A program made the position numbers and the translations under genes. Positions 37,777 through 47,798 of a stretch of DNA of 64,000 nt are shown in pieces. The stretch covers positions 64,001 through 128,000 of the IMG/VR virus record IMGVR_UViG_2974753081_000001. One strand, written 5' to 3'. Each line of letters begins with the position of its first letter. The first letter of the stretch is position 1. This DNA is from a virus (taxonomy: Duplodnaviria; Caudoviricetes). A model generated the notes under the pieces. It was given only the letters and a program-made list of their open reading frames with translations, made no database searches and was not told the DNA's origin.

Positions 37777-37787
37777 GAGGGATCGCC

Positions 37788-38255
37788 ATGATGGAAAAAA
37801 TGCCGGACGACCGATTCGTCTGTGTCCTGTCTCCTGACGAGCCGCTGGAGCGGTTCGATGACGAGGGCAAGAAGGTCAGCGTTCGCGAGTACGTGGTGCA
37901 GCGCCGCGATGACGGGTACGAGGTCATTCTGTACCAGCGGTATTCGGCCAACTCCAGCTCGTCCTACACCATCAGCAAGGGGATGGATCGGGGGATCGCG
38001 ATGATGCTGGCCGACGAGCTGAACAAGCGCGAGAGCTACGATCCGCAGCCGTCGTCGTCTCTGGGCAAGGTGAGGTTCATGCTGGCAGACCTCCGCAAGC
38101 AGGTGTCGCGCGAGATCGATGAGCACGACCGTCGGCTGTCCACCATGAACGCTTCTCGGGAGGCCCTGGAGGACCTGGAGGATTTGCTGGTGCGCGGGGA
38201 GCCGCTCACCGCCCCCGACGTCGTGAGGCGATTCAACCAGGCGGGGGTGCTGTGA
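37788..38255 (+). CDS. Hypothetical protein
   Basis: Start re-called. Confidence 0.6.
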   Translation: MMEKMPDDRFVCVLSPDEPLERFDDEGKKVSVREYVVQRRDDGYEVILYQRYSANSSSSYTISKGMDRGIAMMLADELNKRESYDPQPSSSLGKVRFMLADLRKQVSREIDEHDRRLSTMNASREALEDLEDLLVRGEPLTAPDVVRRFNQAGVL

Positions 38256-38782
38256 TGGCCCGCTTCGTACACCGTCCGACGACCATTGAGGCGATGCAGT
38301 GGACCGGAGACAACGCCGACGAACTCAGTCGGTGGATGGCCGGGTTCGGCGAGGCGTCGGCGCTGCGCATCTACACCGAGACCGGGGCCGAACAGGTCGT
38401 GCTCGATCTCTACGTCGCGGCCAACGACACCTGGCTCCCGCTGGAGATGGGTGAGTGGGTGGCGCGCGACGTCGCGGGCTTCTATCCGATCAAGGACTAC
38501 GTGTTCCAGGAGAGCTACGAGTCCGAGCCCGAGGTCACCATGCTCACCCAGCCGTGCGGCTACGGGTCGTGCGTGGAGGGGTTCGGACACCTCGGGCCGC
38601 ATCGGTGTTCGTGCGGCAGGCCGTGTAACGATCCGGAGCTGAACTGCGATGTACATGCAGCCGGTTGGGCCGAGGAGCCCCACCAGGCCAACGGCATGGA
38701 GGTGCTCGGGAAGATGCGCGCTGCTGGCGAAGTGGACGACGCGCTCGGGGCCTCCGACAGACACGGAGGATTCGATGCTTAG
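38252..38782 (+). CDS. Hypothetical protein
   Basis: IEAMQWTG.N ... FYPIK..VF..SY phage motif. Confidence 0.65.
   Translation: MMARFVHRPTTIEAMQWTGDNADELSRWMAGFGEASALRIYTETGAEQVVLDLYVAANDTWLPLEMGEWVARDVAGFYPIKDYVFQESYESEPEVTMLTQPCGYGSCVEGFGHLGPHRCSCGRPCNDPELNCDVHAAGWAEEPHQANGMEVLGKMRAAGEVDDALGASDRHGGFDA
38625..38652 (+). promoter_or_regulatory. SigD-like promoter GTAACG-N16-CGATGT (intragenic)
   Basis: Exact family match. Confidence 0.55.
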
Positions 38783-38996
38783 CCCGTTCGAGCTGATCAA
38801 GGCTCGGTTGAAGGAGCAGGTCCAGCGGCACACGCCGCTCGGCAGCGAGGTCGACACCATCGAGAGCGTGGTGTTCTTCAGCGAGGAAGTTCGCGTTCAC
38901 TACATCGACCAGCACGGTGACATGTGGTCGTGTCTCGTGCCGGTCGAGGCGCTGCTGACGGCGTTCTTCGACCTGGTGATGTCGGAGGGGTCATGA
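38775..38996 (+). CDS. Hypothetical protein
   Basis: GGAGG RBS. Confidence 0.55.
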   Translation: MLSPFELIKARLKEQVQRHTPLGSEVDTIESVVFFSEEVRVHYIDQHGDMWSCLVPVEALLTAFFDLVMSEGS

Positions 38997-39196
38997 GCGA
39001 CATCCAGCCGGGCGACTACGTGATCCCGGTGGACGACGACGCAGGGGACTTCCACGGCATCGATCTGTCGGGGGTGTGGACCCCCTGCAAGGTGCTGAAC
39101 GTCTACAAGAACGGCAACCTCCGAGCGCGCTCGGACGACCGCAAGGTTCTCTGGCACGGCCCCGTGACCGGATTCCGCAAGACCGACAGGAGATGA
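38993..39196 (+). CDS. Hypothetical protein
   Basis: ATGA coupling. Confidence 0.55.
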   Translation: MSDIQPGDYVIPVDDDAGDFHGIDLSGVWTPCKVLNVYKNGNLRARSDDRKVLWHGPVTGFRKTDRR

Positions 39197-39359
39197 CGAT
39201 GGACCCCGATCAGTTGCTGGAGGCGATCCAGCGCAACGCCACTCAGCTCACCGAGCGACACAGCGCCGAGCAGGCCGAGACGCTTGCCCAGGACATCCTC
39301 GCGCTCGATGAGTGGCTGTCCAAGGGCGGGTTCCTGCCGAAGGAATGGGCGCGCAACCG

Positions 39360-39683
39360 ATGATCAGTCCCTGGTGGTCCATCGCTCTGACCGTGCTCGG
39401 AGCGTTCGGTCTGTTCCTGGTGTTCCGGCACCCCAACCACTGGCTCGGCCCGGCGTGGTCGATCGCTCTGCAGGCCGTCTGGCTCACCTACGGCATCGCC
39501 ACCTGGCAGTACGGGTTCATCGTGTCGGCGTTCATGTATGCCGGGGCGAACGCCTACGGGCTGCGCAAGCGCGCCAAGGCCAATGCTGCGGCTGCTCTTG
39601 TGCTCGCGCGCGATACTCAGCGCCGGGAGCGGGGCTGGTACGTGGACGACGACGGCTTCACCTGGCAGCGAGTGGCGACGTGA
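39360..39683 (+). CDS. Small membrane protein (3 TM, PnuC-like pattern)
   Basis: W.I....Q.VW..Y....QYGF. Confidence 0.55.
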   Translation: MISPWWSIALTVLGAFGLFLVFRHPNHWLGPAWSIALQAVWLTYGIATWQYGFIVSAFMYAGANAYGLRKRAKANAAAALVLARDTQRRERGWYVDDDGFTWQRVAT

Positions 39684-39973
39684 TCCCCACGCGCGAGATC
39701 GTCCGGGAGTTCGACCGGCGGTATTCGCTCTACGCCGAGCCGACGTCGAAGGGGATCACGGTGTACTCCGACCCCAGCGAGCCCGACATCCTGACGGTTC
39801 TGCACCTGCCCGAGGACGGCAAGTGGTGGTGGCGCACGGCCATGCACGAGGACGAGAACGGAACCCCGGTGCTCGCGAATCAGTGGGCCGCGAATGGCGA
39901 CATGGACATCCCCACCCTGGTCCGGATGGTCGCCATCACCATCTTCGGCACGATCTGTATCTCTCCGAAGTAA
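39680..39973 (+). CDS. Hypothetical protein
   Basis: GTGA coupling. Confidence 0.55.
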   Translation: MIPTREIVREFDRRYSLYAEPTSKGITVYSDPSEPDILTVLHLPEDGKWWWRTAMHEDENGTPVLANQWAANGDMDIPTLVRMVAITIFGTICISPK

Positions 39974-39997
39974 CGCTCCGGCGGTCTCCGCCGATGT
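39970..39997 (+). promoter_or_regulatory. SigD-like promoter GTAACG-N16-CGATGT
   Basis: Family member. Confidence 0.7.
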
Positions 39998-40026
39998 ACA
40001 GATCACACCCCGACCAAGGAGAAAAT

Positions 40027-40482
40027 ATGGACGAGCTGATGTCCGGCATGACTGAGATGTGCGGCGTGGCGCATCCCGACAACCGTTCGGACGCCAACCT
40101 GATCACCTACTGCTACCTGAACGATGGTCATGAAGGACCGCATCGTGATCCGGAGGGGCGGGCCTGGGTCGGCAACTTCCGTGTGACCCCCGTTAATACC
40201 TCGCCCGACAAGGACTTCCATGATCTCGTGGCCCGAGTCGCGGCGATCGAGGAGAAGCTGGACATCACGCCGGAGTCCGGTCCGAAGAACCCGGCATACA
40301 TCCTCGGCTACAACATCCTGCTGCGATCACTGGTGGACCAGATCGAGAACCTGCACCAGCGAAGCGACACCACCGGCAAGTGCGTCGGATGCCACAAGCC
40401 TTGGCCTTGTCCCAGTGCTGACGCGATAGCCGAGCATCGTGCGCTCGTGGAGGACTTTCGCGCACGGGGGTCGCTACGATGA
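40027..40482 (+). CDS. Hypothetical protein (Cys/His motifs)
   Basis: CCCGACCAAGGAG before ATG; C..C...WPC. Confidence 0.65.
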   Translation: MDELMSGMTEMCGVAHPDNRSDANLITYCYLNDGHEGPHRDPEGRAWVGNFRVTPVNTSPDKDFHDLVARVAAIEEKLDITPESGPKNPAYILGYNILLRSLVDQIENLHQRSDTTGKCVGCHKPWPCPSADAIAEHRALVEDFRARGSLR

Positions 40483-41486
40483 TCGACCCGAACCTGACCT
40501 TCGAGCCCGGCTGTGAATGCACCTGGTACGACGGCGAGGGCGAGTATCGCCCCGAGTGCCCCGTCCACGGCGAGCAGCGCGAGAAGCCGTTCCTGGAGCT
40601 GCGCAACCTCAACGCCGACGACGGCGAGCGTTACGCGGCGTACCGCGCGCTCACGTGCGACTACTACAACGGTTGGGGAGGCTGCGGTGGCGGCTGCTAC
40701 GAGGAGCCGTCGTGCCGCACCGATGAGCCCCTGGGAGGCTGGGAGTGGCCGACGCCCTACGGACTGCACGTCCTGGAGGAGGTAGCCGAGCGCGCCAAGG
40801 TCGAGCGCGAGCGCGAGGAGTTCGAGAGATGGCTGCTCGCCGAGCAGCGTTGGCTGCAACGGCCCATCCTGGAGTCCAGGCACTGGAGCATGTACGGCGG
40901 CATCCCTCGCGACATCCCCAACGGCGTCTACCCGGTCAACCCGTTGGCCCTGGAGCGACAGGAAGAACCCAAGCCCTGGATCGCTCTGCACAACACCAGT
41001 GGCGGCGGCTCGATGAGCTACCACGCCACGCGCGAGGAAGCCGAGGAGGAGCTGCTGTCGTCGGAGGCGAGCACGCGCAACTTCTGGGAAGAGAAGGTCG
41101 AGTGGCGCGAGAACGGTGACAAGACCACGCCGAGCTACTGGACGATGCACGGCTCGCTGAAGCCCAAGCTGCGCGCTCCCGGCGGGCAGCAGGTGCTCCG
41201 CATCGGCCACTGGCACTACGTTCCGCGTCGCATCTACGAGGACGGCAAGCTCCCCGAGCGCGGTCACGGGCAGCGTGAGCACATGGGCTTCGGCGGCAGG
41301 GTGTTCCGGTGGCGCTACCTAGACGAGGACGGCGAGCCGACCGGCCCGATCTGGACCTCCGACGACGTCTACACCCAGGGCGAGATTCCCGAGGAGTTCC
41401 GCGACCGGCTGCCCGACAACGCAGTGTTCGTCTACACCAAGCCTCGTGACGTACTCGCCACGATCATGACCCAAGACGGTTTCTGA
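40479..41486 (+). CDS. Hypothetical protein
   Basis: 335 aa, phage codon bias. Confidence 0.7.
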   Translation: MIDPNLTFEPGCECTWYDGEGEYRPECPVHGEQREKPFLELRNLNADDGERYAAYRALTCDYYNGWGGCGGGCYEEPSCRTDEPLGGWEWPTPYGLHVLEEVAERAKVEREREEFERWLLAEQRWLQRPILESRHWSMYGGIPRDIPNGVYPVNPLALERQEEPKPWIALHNTSGGGSMSYHATREEAEEELLSSEASTRNFWEEKVEWRENGDKTTPSYWTMHGSLKPKLRAPGGQQVLRIGHWHYVPRRIYEDGKLPERGHGQREHMGFGGRVFRWRYLDEDGEPTGPIWTSDDVYTQGEIPEEFRDRLPDNAVFVYTKPRDVLATIMTQDGF

Positions 41487-41872
41487 TGGCGACGGACCGT
41501 GTAGTTCACGGCATGGCCGTGCAGCAGCATTACCTGGAGCGCGTGTCGGAGGCCGCGTTCGGAGGATGGACGGGCGGCTGCACCTGTCGCTGGACGATGG
41601 CCGCAGGCAGCAAGTCGTGGCTAGTGACCGCGCACCGCGCGCATGTCTCCGAGATGGCGGAGAAGTTGTCTCTCATTCGCGGAACCTGGGAGGCCGAGTG
41701 GATGCCCCGAGGTACCGTGCTGATCTCGGAGCGTACCGATCTGCCGTTCGTCTGGCAGGGCGAGGGTCAGCCGTGCTCCGTGCTCCACCCCGACCAACCC
41801 GCGCACGCCGCCAAGGGCGACGCGGAAGACCTGTTCCCCGCCACTGTGGTGTGGGTGCCAAGAGAAAAATGA
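41486..41872 (+). CDS. Hypothetical protein
   Basis: Coupled ORF. Confidence 0.55.
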   Translation: MATDRVVHGMAVQQHYLERVSEAAFGGWTGGCTCRWTMAAGSKSWLVTAHRAHVSEMAEKLSLIRGTWEAEWMPRGTVLISERTDLPFVWQGEGQPCSVLHPDQPAHAAKGDAEDLFPATVVWVPREK

Positions 41873-42002
41873 GGAGTTCCGATGTCTGATACTGCATGGG
41901 CCGACACCCCCATCTTCGACGAAACCGTGGAGGCCACCGGCATCCATATCGGGGAGGACTTGCCGTCGTATGACGAGGTCCAGGCGGTGCTGGAGGCCGA
42001 GG

Positions 42003-42359
42003 GTGACTAACCCCGACTGCGTTTTTTGCGACAAGATCGCCGCTGGCGACTTCGAGTACACCGACAACGGGTGTGTCGTGTTCGAGCCACTGAATCCCGT
42101 CACGCCCGGCCATCTGTTGGTGGTCCCCATCGAGCACGCTTCGAACGCGGTGGTCGACCCCAACGCTGGCCGGGCGGTCGAGGTGGCTACGACCGTGATG
42201 CGGATGCGCCACGTCCGCTCGGCGAACATCATCACTAGTGTGGGAGCGGAGGCGACGCAGTCGGTGCTCCACACCCACATCCACATCGTTCCTCGGCGCG
42301 AGGGCGACGGCTTGACGCTCCCGTGGACCGGCCAGGAGAAGGAGAACTCACATGTCTGA
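42003..42359 (+). CDS. HIT-family nucleotide hydrolase
   Basis: CVFC, P..PGHLLVVP..H, HTHIHIVPR. Confidence 0.9.
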   Translation: MTNPDCVFCDKIAAGDFEYTDNGCVVFEPLNPVTPGHLLVVPIEHASNAVVDPNAGRAVEVATTVMRMRHVRSANIITSVGAEATQSVLHTHIHIVPRREGDGLTLPWTGQEKENSHV

Positions 42360-42570
42360 GAATCTGACCCAGCAACTGCGCGACCTGAAGGAAGGAGACA
42401 CCGTCGTCTACCAAGGACGAGATCACAAGGTGTTCCGCGTCAAGGGCAAGTGGATCGGCCTGATCGACCCGGAGCGCGAGCGCATGTTCTCGACCAACGA
42501 GAAGGGTGTCGTCCAGGGGCCGGTGGCTCACTTCGCGGTGCCGCTGACCGAGGTCGATCTGACTTCGTAG
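42352..42570 (+). CDS. Hypothetical protein
   Basis: AAGGAG RBS. Confidence 0.6.
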   Translation: MSENLTQQLRDLKEGDTVVYQGRDHKVFRVKGKWIGLIDPERERMFSTNEKGVVQGPVAHFAVPLTEVDLTS

Positions 42571-42578
42571 CCCCATCG

Positions 42579-42633
42579 GGCTTGCACCACCCTCTATACG
42601 TGTGTATATTGGGTGGTGTCAGGGGCACAGCCC
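42579..42633 (+). promoter_or_regulatory. SigA-type promoter cassette 2
   Basis: TTGCAC-N17-TATATT, TATACGTGTGTA, GGGC-ACA-GCCC. Confidence 0.85.
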
Positions 42634-42657
42634 ACCAACCTCCACAGAGGAGCCATC

Positions 42658-42939
42658 ATGGCAACCACCATCGTCACCGATCCCACCACCATCGAGCTGC
42701 CCGCGCGCGACGCCATCGTCCGTTCCTACTCCGGCAAGATCGGCTGCGCCTGCGGCTGCCGGGGCAACTACGGCGAGACCTCGCGCTCGAAGGCCATCGT
42801 GCTCGGCAAGGTCGAGAAGCTGCTCCAGTGGTCCCTGGAGGACCCCACGGCTCCCCTGGAGTGGATGGCTTGCTCGCAGTTCATCGCGGTCGACAACCGC
42901 GAGACCGGTCGGTCCTACACCCTCTACCTGGAGAACTGA
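42658..42939 (+). CDS. Hypothetical protein
   Basis: GAGGAG RBS; YSGKIGCACGCRG. Confidence 0.7.
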   Translation: MATTIVTDPTTIELPARDAIVRSYSGKIGCACGCRGNYGETSRSKAIVLGKVEKLLQWSLEDPTAPLEWMACSQFIAVDNRETGRSYTLYLEN

Positions 42940-42978
42940 CGGCCATTGTCGGCATGCTCGAAGCTATGAGCTGACACT

Positions 42979-43033
42979 GACTTGCACCACACTCTACACG
43001 TGTGTATATTCATAGGTGTTAGGGACGCAGTCC
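42979..43033 (+). promoter_or_regulatory. SigA-type promoter cassette 3
   Basis: TTGCAC-N17-TATATT, GGAC-GCA-GTCC. Confidence 0.85.
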
Positions 43034-43058
43034 GCCAACCCCCACGAAGGGACTCATC

Positions 43059-43208
43059 ATGCAGGTCAACGACTACCGCGCCGCAGGAGCCGACGATGTT
43101 CGGTTCGCCGCCAAGCGTCACCGCCGCAACGGCGAGCACGCCATCGCCGACGCGCTGGAGGCCATCGCCAACCGCATCGCTCGCCAGGAGCTGGAGGAGG
43201 CTCGATGA
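43059..43208 (+). CDS. Small hypothetical protein (49 aa, not in ORF track)
   Basis: First ORF after cassette 3, MQVNDYRAAG... Confidence 0.55.
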   Translation: MQVNDYRAAGADDVRFAAKRHRRNGEHAIADALEAIANRIARQELEEAR

Positions 43209-43534
43209 CCGCCCGCATCCCCTTCCGCTCCACGATCCGGATCAGTCGTCGGGTCTTGGAGTTCCTGCAAGGCACACACGCCTACCAGAGCCCCAACGAC
43301 CGGCAGATCGTCTCCGACGTCGACCGCTGGCTGATGGAGGCCATTCAGAACGCCGAGGGCGACATGCGCAAGGATGGCTCGATCAGGGCCGAGCTGACCA
43401 CGCAGGAGCGCAACGCTCTCTGGAATTACGTCCACACCATGCGGATCGGTGCCCAGGAGAACCTGCCCGACCCCGACGCCCGTGGCGACTACCTCGCTGC
43501 CAAGGCGCTCATGCAGCAGCTTGAAGAAATCTGA
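43205..43534 (+). CDS. Hypothetical protein
   Basis: GGAGGAGG RBS, ATGA coupling. Confidence 0.65.
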   Translation: MTARIPFRSTIRISRRVLEFLQGTHAYQSPNDRQIVSDVDRWLMEAIQNAEGDMRKDGSIRAELTTQERNALWNYVHTMRIGAQENLPDPDARGDYLAAKALMQQLEEI

Positions 43535-43545
43535 GAGGACCCGTT

Positions 43546-43929
43546 ATGGCTGCCAAGCACGACCCCACCAACCACCCGTTCGAGGTCGGCATGGAGGTGC
43601 TGATCGATGACGTGAACCGTCGCGGTCGCCCGCTCACCGAGGCCGTCGTCTCCAAGGTCGGTCGCAAGCTCGTCTACGCGACCATGTACGGGCGCGACGT
43701 CGGGTTCCGCCTGGAAACCCGCGCGGCCAACGACAACTACGGCCACCAGAGCATCTGGACGCCGGAGGAGGTCGCTGAGCGCGAGCGCCGGGCGTACCTG
43801 GACCGTCGGCTCGCAACCTACGGCCTGCGCTCAGAGTTCGGAGGCACGAAGTTCCGCGAGCTGCCGACTGAGGTGGTTGAGGAGCTGCTGGAGGTCCTGG
43901 ACCGGCACGCCGAGCGTGATTCGGACTAG
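43546..43929 (+). CDS. Hypothetical protein
   Basis: V.KVGRK motif; GAGGA RBS. Confidence 0.65.
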   Translation: MAAKHDPTNHPFEVGMEVLIDDVNRRGRPLTEAVVSKVGRKLVYATMYGRDVGFRLETRAANDNYGHQSIWTPEEVAERERRAYLDRRLATYGLRSEFGGTKFRELPTEVVEELLEVLDRHAERDSD

Positions 43930-44012
43930 GACTTATCGCTACACCCATGTATTGTCATTCCTGAAATGGGCACACACACGCCCACCACGCTCGCAGAGGA
44001 GAAAAAAAAATC

Positions 44013-44756
44013 ATGACCCCGACCAAGACCAATGCCCGCACCCGGATGCTCGCGCGCGTCGCCGATCTGGGGTGGGAGCTGGACCCCACCGCGAAGGTGC
44101 CTCTGTCGCGCTTCGAACGTCACGTCCTGGTGCAGAATGAGACCGCGTTCCGCAAGCGCGCCGCTCACGGCGGCTGGTGGAAGATACTGCTCGACTACAG
44201 TCAGACCAGCGGGTCCTGGCGCACGGTTATCGGAACCACACTGCGTGGCATCCAGATCAACTGGACCGAAAACGAGGTTCATTCCGGCAAGGTGATTGGG
44301 GTGCTGAAGAATCCCCGATCATCTCGATACGGGTCCAGATTTCTGTGGCTTGCCTCTGGCGACCCCAGCGACCCGATGAAGAAGCACGCCGAGACGTTCC
44401 TGGCTGATCCTGACCTGGTCGTGTGGCTCAGTCAGGAGCTGCGGCACAAGGACATCGAGGAGACCCGAGCGCGCCATGCGGAGCAGCGACGCATCGAGAA
44501 ACTGCGCGAGCAGCTGCTCCCGGTCAAGGGCCTGACGGAGAATGCGCGGTGGAGGTTCGCCTACGTCTCTCCATTCAAGCGCGCATCCGCCGAGCTGATC
44601 AAAGCTGACGGCCTCACCGATCTGCCGAAGGTGATGGCCGAGACGTGGAATGAGTTGGAGCGTCTGGTCGAGTACCTGACGCCGGAGGCCCGCGAGGCAT
44701 TCCAGAAGCACCTGGACGACCTGAGCGGCGCTGCCGTGACGGACTTGGACGCCTGA
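44013..44756 (+). CDS. Hypothetical protein
   Basis: GAGGAG + A-tract before ATG. Confidence 0.7.
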   Translation: MTPTKTNARTRMLARVADLGWELDPTAKVPLSRFERHVLVQNETAFRKRAAHGGWWKILLDYSQTSGSWRTVIGTTLRGIQINWTENEVHSGKVIGVLKNPRSSRYGSRFLWLASGDPSDPMKKHAETFLADPDLVVWLSQELRHKDIEETRARHAEQRRIEKLREQLLPVKGLTENARWRFAYVSPFKRASAELIKADGLTDLPKVMAETWNELERLVEYLTPEAREAFQKHLDDLSGAAVTDLDA

Positions 44757-45253
44757 TGGCCGAGCTGAACAAGCCAACGGCAGTGCTCGTAGACATCGAC
44801 GGCACGCTCTGCGATGTCCGGACGATCCGGCACTACGTGATCGGGCCGGATAAGGACTTCGAGGCGTTCCACACCGCGAGTCTCCACTGCCCTCCGCACC
44901 CGCAGGCCCTGGACTTCATCCGTAACTCCATCGAGGACGGCCACGACGTCGTGTTCGTCTCCGCCCGGCAGGAGAAGTTCCGCCAGATCACCGAGTTGTT
45001 CATCGCGATGCACGTGCCTCGGGTGCAGTGGTTCGGCCCATTCATGCGCGAGCACGGTGACCGCCGACCGGACGTCGAGGTCAAGCGCGACATCCATCAC
45101 CAGCTGAGCAAGTGGTGGGACATCGTTGGAGCCATTGACGACAACCCCGCCATCGTGGCCCTCTGGCGAGAGCTGGGCATCCCCGTGGAGGTCGTCCCCG
45201 GCTGGGACGCTGGGGCTGCCGCCAGCTACGTCCAATCCCAATCCACCCAGTAG
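44756..45253 (+). CDS. HAD phosphatase (PNK 3'-phosphatase-like)
   Basis: VDIDGTL, VSAR, MR..GD.RPD..VK, IDD. Confidence 0.85.
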   Translation: MAELNKPTAVLVDIDGTLCDVRTIRHYVIGPDKDFEAFHTASLHCPPHPQALDFIRNSIEDGHDVVFVSARQEKFRQITELFIAMHVPRVQWFGPFMREHGDRRPDVEVKRDIHHQLSKWWDIVGAIDDNPAIVALWRELGIPVEVVPGWDAGAAASYVQSQSTQ

Positions 45254-45279
45254 CTCCACCCCCGACCAAGGAGAACCTC

Positions 45280-45699
45280 ATGAAGAAGACCATCGCTGCC
45301 CTCGCGGCTGCCGCCGCCATCACGCTCGCCACCGGCTGCACCATCGAGACAGTCAGCGAGCCCACGACCACGACCACCCCGGCCCCGCTGCCGGTCGTCA
45401 CCACGACCACCGTCGACACTCCGCCCCCGCCGACCACCACCGAGATCGACAGTGAGTGGGTGGCCGATCGCGCCTACATCGCTGCGCTCGACCAGCAGGG
45501 CATCGACTACCCGACCGAGCAGGACGCCATCGACCTCGGCCACTCGATCTGTGAGGCCCTGGACTCCGGCAACTCCCCGCAGGAGCTGATCCGTGTCGGC
45601 GTGGACGCCAGCGGCATGGACTCCCAGGACGTCGCCTTCATGGTTGGCGCGGCCATCGGGTCGATCTGCCCCCGCCACGACGATCTGATCCCCGAGTAA
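45280..45699 (+). CDS. Lipoprotein with DUF732-like domain
   Basis: Lipobox LATGC; D.AYIAAL..QGI...G..IC..L..G ... ICP. Confidence 0.8.
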   Translation: MKKTIAALAAAAAITLATGCTIETVSEPTTTTTPAPLPVVTTTTVDTPPPPTTTEIDSEWVADRAYIAALDQQGIDYPTEQDAIDLGHSICEALDSGNSPQELIRVGVDASGMDSQDVAFMVGAAIGSICPRHDDLIPE

Positions 45700-45723
45700 C
45701 ACTTCGCTGGGCCGCAGCGATAC
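45696..45723 (+). promoter_or_regulatory. SigD-like promoter GTAACA-N16-CGATAC
   Basis: Family member. Confidence 0.65.
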
Positions 45724-45756
45724 ACCCAACACACCCCGACCAGAGGAGAAAAAATC

Positions 45757-46203
45757 ATGAGTACTCGCAGTGTCACCGGCATCTGGAAGCCCGAAGGTGA
45801 TCCGATCGGAGTGGGCGTCTACGTCCACAGCGATGGCTATCCGGAGGGGCGTCTACCGGACCTGAAGAAGATGATCACGCGCGACGGTCCCGAGAAGGTA
45901 GTCCAGACGATCCTGTCGGCCAAGCGTGGCGGCTGGTCCTACCTCGACGTCGAGTACGCCAACAATTATCTCGGCGAGGACCGTGCGAAGCTCGTGCCGG
46001 GCTACGGCCTGATGTTCCTCGACGGAGATCACGAGCCCAAGCCGCTGAGACACAGTGAGGTCATCAGGACTTTCTGGTGTGAGTACGCCTACTACATCGA
46101 CGTCGAGACCGGCGACATCCACTGGTACGAGAGCAGCGACCCCACCGAGCACGTCGAGCTGTTCTCCGACTACGTGACCGAGGTCAAGAAGGTGGATTCC
46201 TGA
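45757..46203 (+). CDS. Conserved-type phage hypothetical protein
   Basis: MSTRS ... Y.H.DGYP ... EYAY. Confidence 0.75.
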   Translation: MSTRSVTGIWKPEGDPIGVGVYVHSDGYPEGRLPDLKKMITRDGPEKVVQTILSAKRGGWSYLDVEYANNYLGEDRAKLVPGYGLMFLDGDHEPKPLRHSEVIRTFWCEYAYYIDVETGDIHWYESSDPTEHVELFSDYVTEVKKVDS

Positions 46204-46508
46204 TGGGTGCGACGACGTTCTTCCACTGGGAGGGTGGTCGCAGCCCGGAGGAGGCGTTTACCGCCGCTCGGGACCAGGCCAAGTACGACTTCGGCCACGC
46301 GGGATACACGGGCACTATCGCAGAGAAGTCCGGTTTCGTCATGATCCCCTGGACCGGAGAGGGCCTGCCGGACCGATCCGAGGCCGAGGACCTGGGCGAC
46401 AAGCTGATCGAGGACTGCGACCCCCGCATCGATGACAAGTGGGGTCCGGCGGGCTGTATCAAGGCCCAGGACGGGATGCTCCTGTTCTTCGGCTGGGCAT
46501 CGGAGTAG
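46203..46508 (+). CDS. Conserved-type phage hypothetical protein
   Basis: GH.GYTGTIAEK ... DKWGPAGC ... FFGWAS. Confidence 0.75.
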   Translation: MGATTFFHWEGGRSPEEAFTAARDQAKYDFGHAGYTGTIAEKSGFVMIPWTGEGLPDRSEAEDLGDKLIEDCDPRIDDKWGPAGCIKAQDGMLLFFGWASE

Positions 46509-46681
46509 CCGGTGAACGAGCTGATCGAGCGTATGGAGCGCGCCGTCGAGATGCTGAAGGATCGGCGGGTGCGATACTCCAGCAGCCCTCTGAATCCCGA
46601 GTACGTCCGGCTCGGCGGGAAGATCGAGGGCATCCAGTTGGCACTGTCCTACGCCCGAGAAGAAATCCGGAAGGAGCCCCA

Positions 46682-46909
46682 ATGAGGACGTTTCGCATCG
46701 TGCTGTCGCTGCCGGACCCCAAGATGGAGTTCTACTCGCGACCGATCGTGGCCGTCGACCCCGACAGCATCTTCGTGCAGGAGGCGATCGAGGCCATCGA
46801 CCGGACGCAGCAGCCGCACGGCCTGCGAGTCGTGGCCATAGAGGAGCGCGTGGACAAGGGGTACGACCACCCCTTCGACGCGGTCTCGGAGGAATGGAGA
46901 GTCGTATGA
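46682..46909 (+). CDS. Hypothetical protein
   Basis: AAGGAG RBS. Confidence 0.55.
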   Translation: MRTFRIVLSLPDPKMEFYSRPIVAVDPDSIFVQEAIEAIDRTQQPHGLRVVAIEERVDKGYDHPFDAVSEEWRVV

Positions 46910-47157
46910 AGATCACCAAGGTGTCCGCTCTGTCGGGCAAGACCAACGAGATGGACCTCGACATCACCGAGGATCGGTTGCTCGCCTGGCAGAACGCTGC
47001 CGACGACGATCCCAATCGGTTCGTCCAGCACGCCTTCCCCGACCTGACCGACGACGAGCGGGAGTTCCTGATCACGGGTGTGACGCAGGAGGAGTGGGAT
47101 GCCACGTTCCCGCCGGAAGAGGAGGACATGGACGAGGCTGATTGGGTGGGCCGATGA
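46906..47157 (+). CDS. Hypothetical protein
   Basis: Q.AFP.L..DEREFLITG. Confidence 0.65.
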   Translation: MKITKVSALSGKTNEMDLDITEDRLLAWQNAADDDPNRFVQHAFPDLTDDEREFLITGVTQEEWDATFPPEEEDMDEADWVGR

Positions 47158-47348
47158 CTCGGGACGAGGTGGTCGCGGCAGCTGAGAGGGGTGCTGCCGT
47201 CATCTACCGCCCCCACCCGGACGCCAAGCCCGAGGAGGGCATCGTCATGCGCTGCAACGATCGGTACGCCTTCGTGCTGTTTCGCGGCGACACCACTGCC
47301 AAGGCGACTCCGTTCGATCTTCTGGAGCCGATGTTTCGGAAGATGTAG
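47154..47348 (+). CDS. Hypothetical protein
   Basis: ATGA coupling. Confidence 0.55.
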   Translation: MTRDEVVAAAERGAAVIYRPHPDAKPEEGIVMRCNDRYAFVLFRGDTTAKATPFDLLEPMFRKM

Positions 47349-47359
47349 TGTCGACACTA
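47345..47359. promoter_or_regulatory. Palindrome TAGTGTCGACACTA (GTAGTGTYRACAC family)
   Basis: Perfect 14-bp palindrome at a gene end, ~130 bp upstream of whiB. Confidence 0.55.
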
Positions 47360-47491
47360 AGCCGACGCGCGCATTAGCACCCGAGGGGGTCCGATGGCAG
47401 ACGAAGTGATCGAGGACATCGACATCGATATGCGGGGCGATGTCGGCTATTGGCTCGAAGGGCGCGACGCGGAGTCAGATAAGTGACGTCG

Positions 47492-47797
47492 ATGCAGTCG
47501 GTGTTCCAGCTCCCGTGGCTGGACCCCACCGACCGCTCCGAGAATTGGCGATCCCGCTCGATCTGCACTCCGGAGCACGACCACATCCTGTTCTCGGAGA
47601 AGCGTCGCGGATGGCGACGCGATGAAGACCTCCGTGCAGCTGCTCGGCTGTGCGGATCATGTCCGGTCCGGATGGACTGCCTGCTCTGGGCAACCAGGAC
47701 CGGACAAACCCACGGAGTCTGGGGAGGAAAAGACTTCAGTGCTCGACCCGCGCGTACAACGCAGATGCGCTCGGTACACCCGACCAGAGGAGAATGA
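47492..47797 (+). CDS. whiB: WhiB-family transcription factor
   Basis: C..(x)..CGSCPVRMDC, GVWGG. Confidence 0.85.
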   Translation: MQSVFQLPWLDPTDRSENWRSRSICTPEHDHILFSEKRRGWRRDEDLRAAARLCGSCPVRMDCLLWATRTGQTHGVWGGKDFSARPARTTQMRSVHPTRGE

Positions 47798-47798
47798 A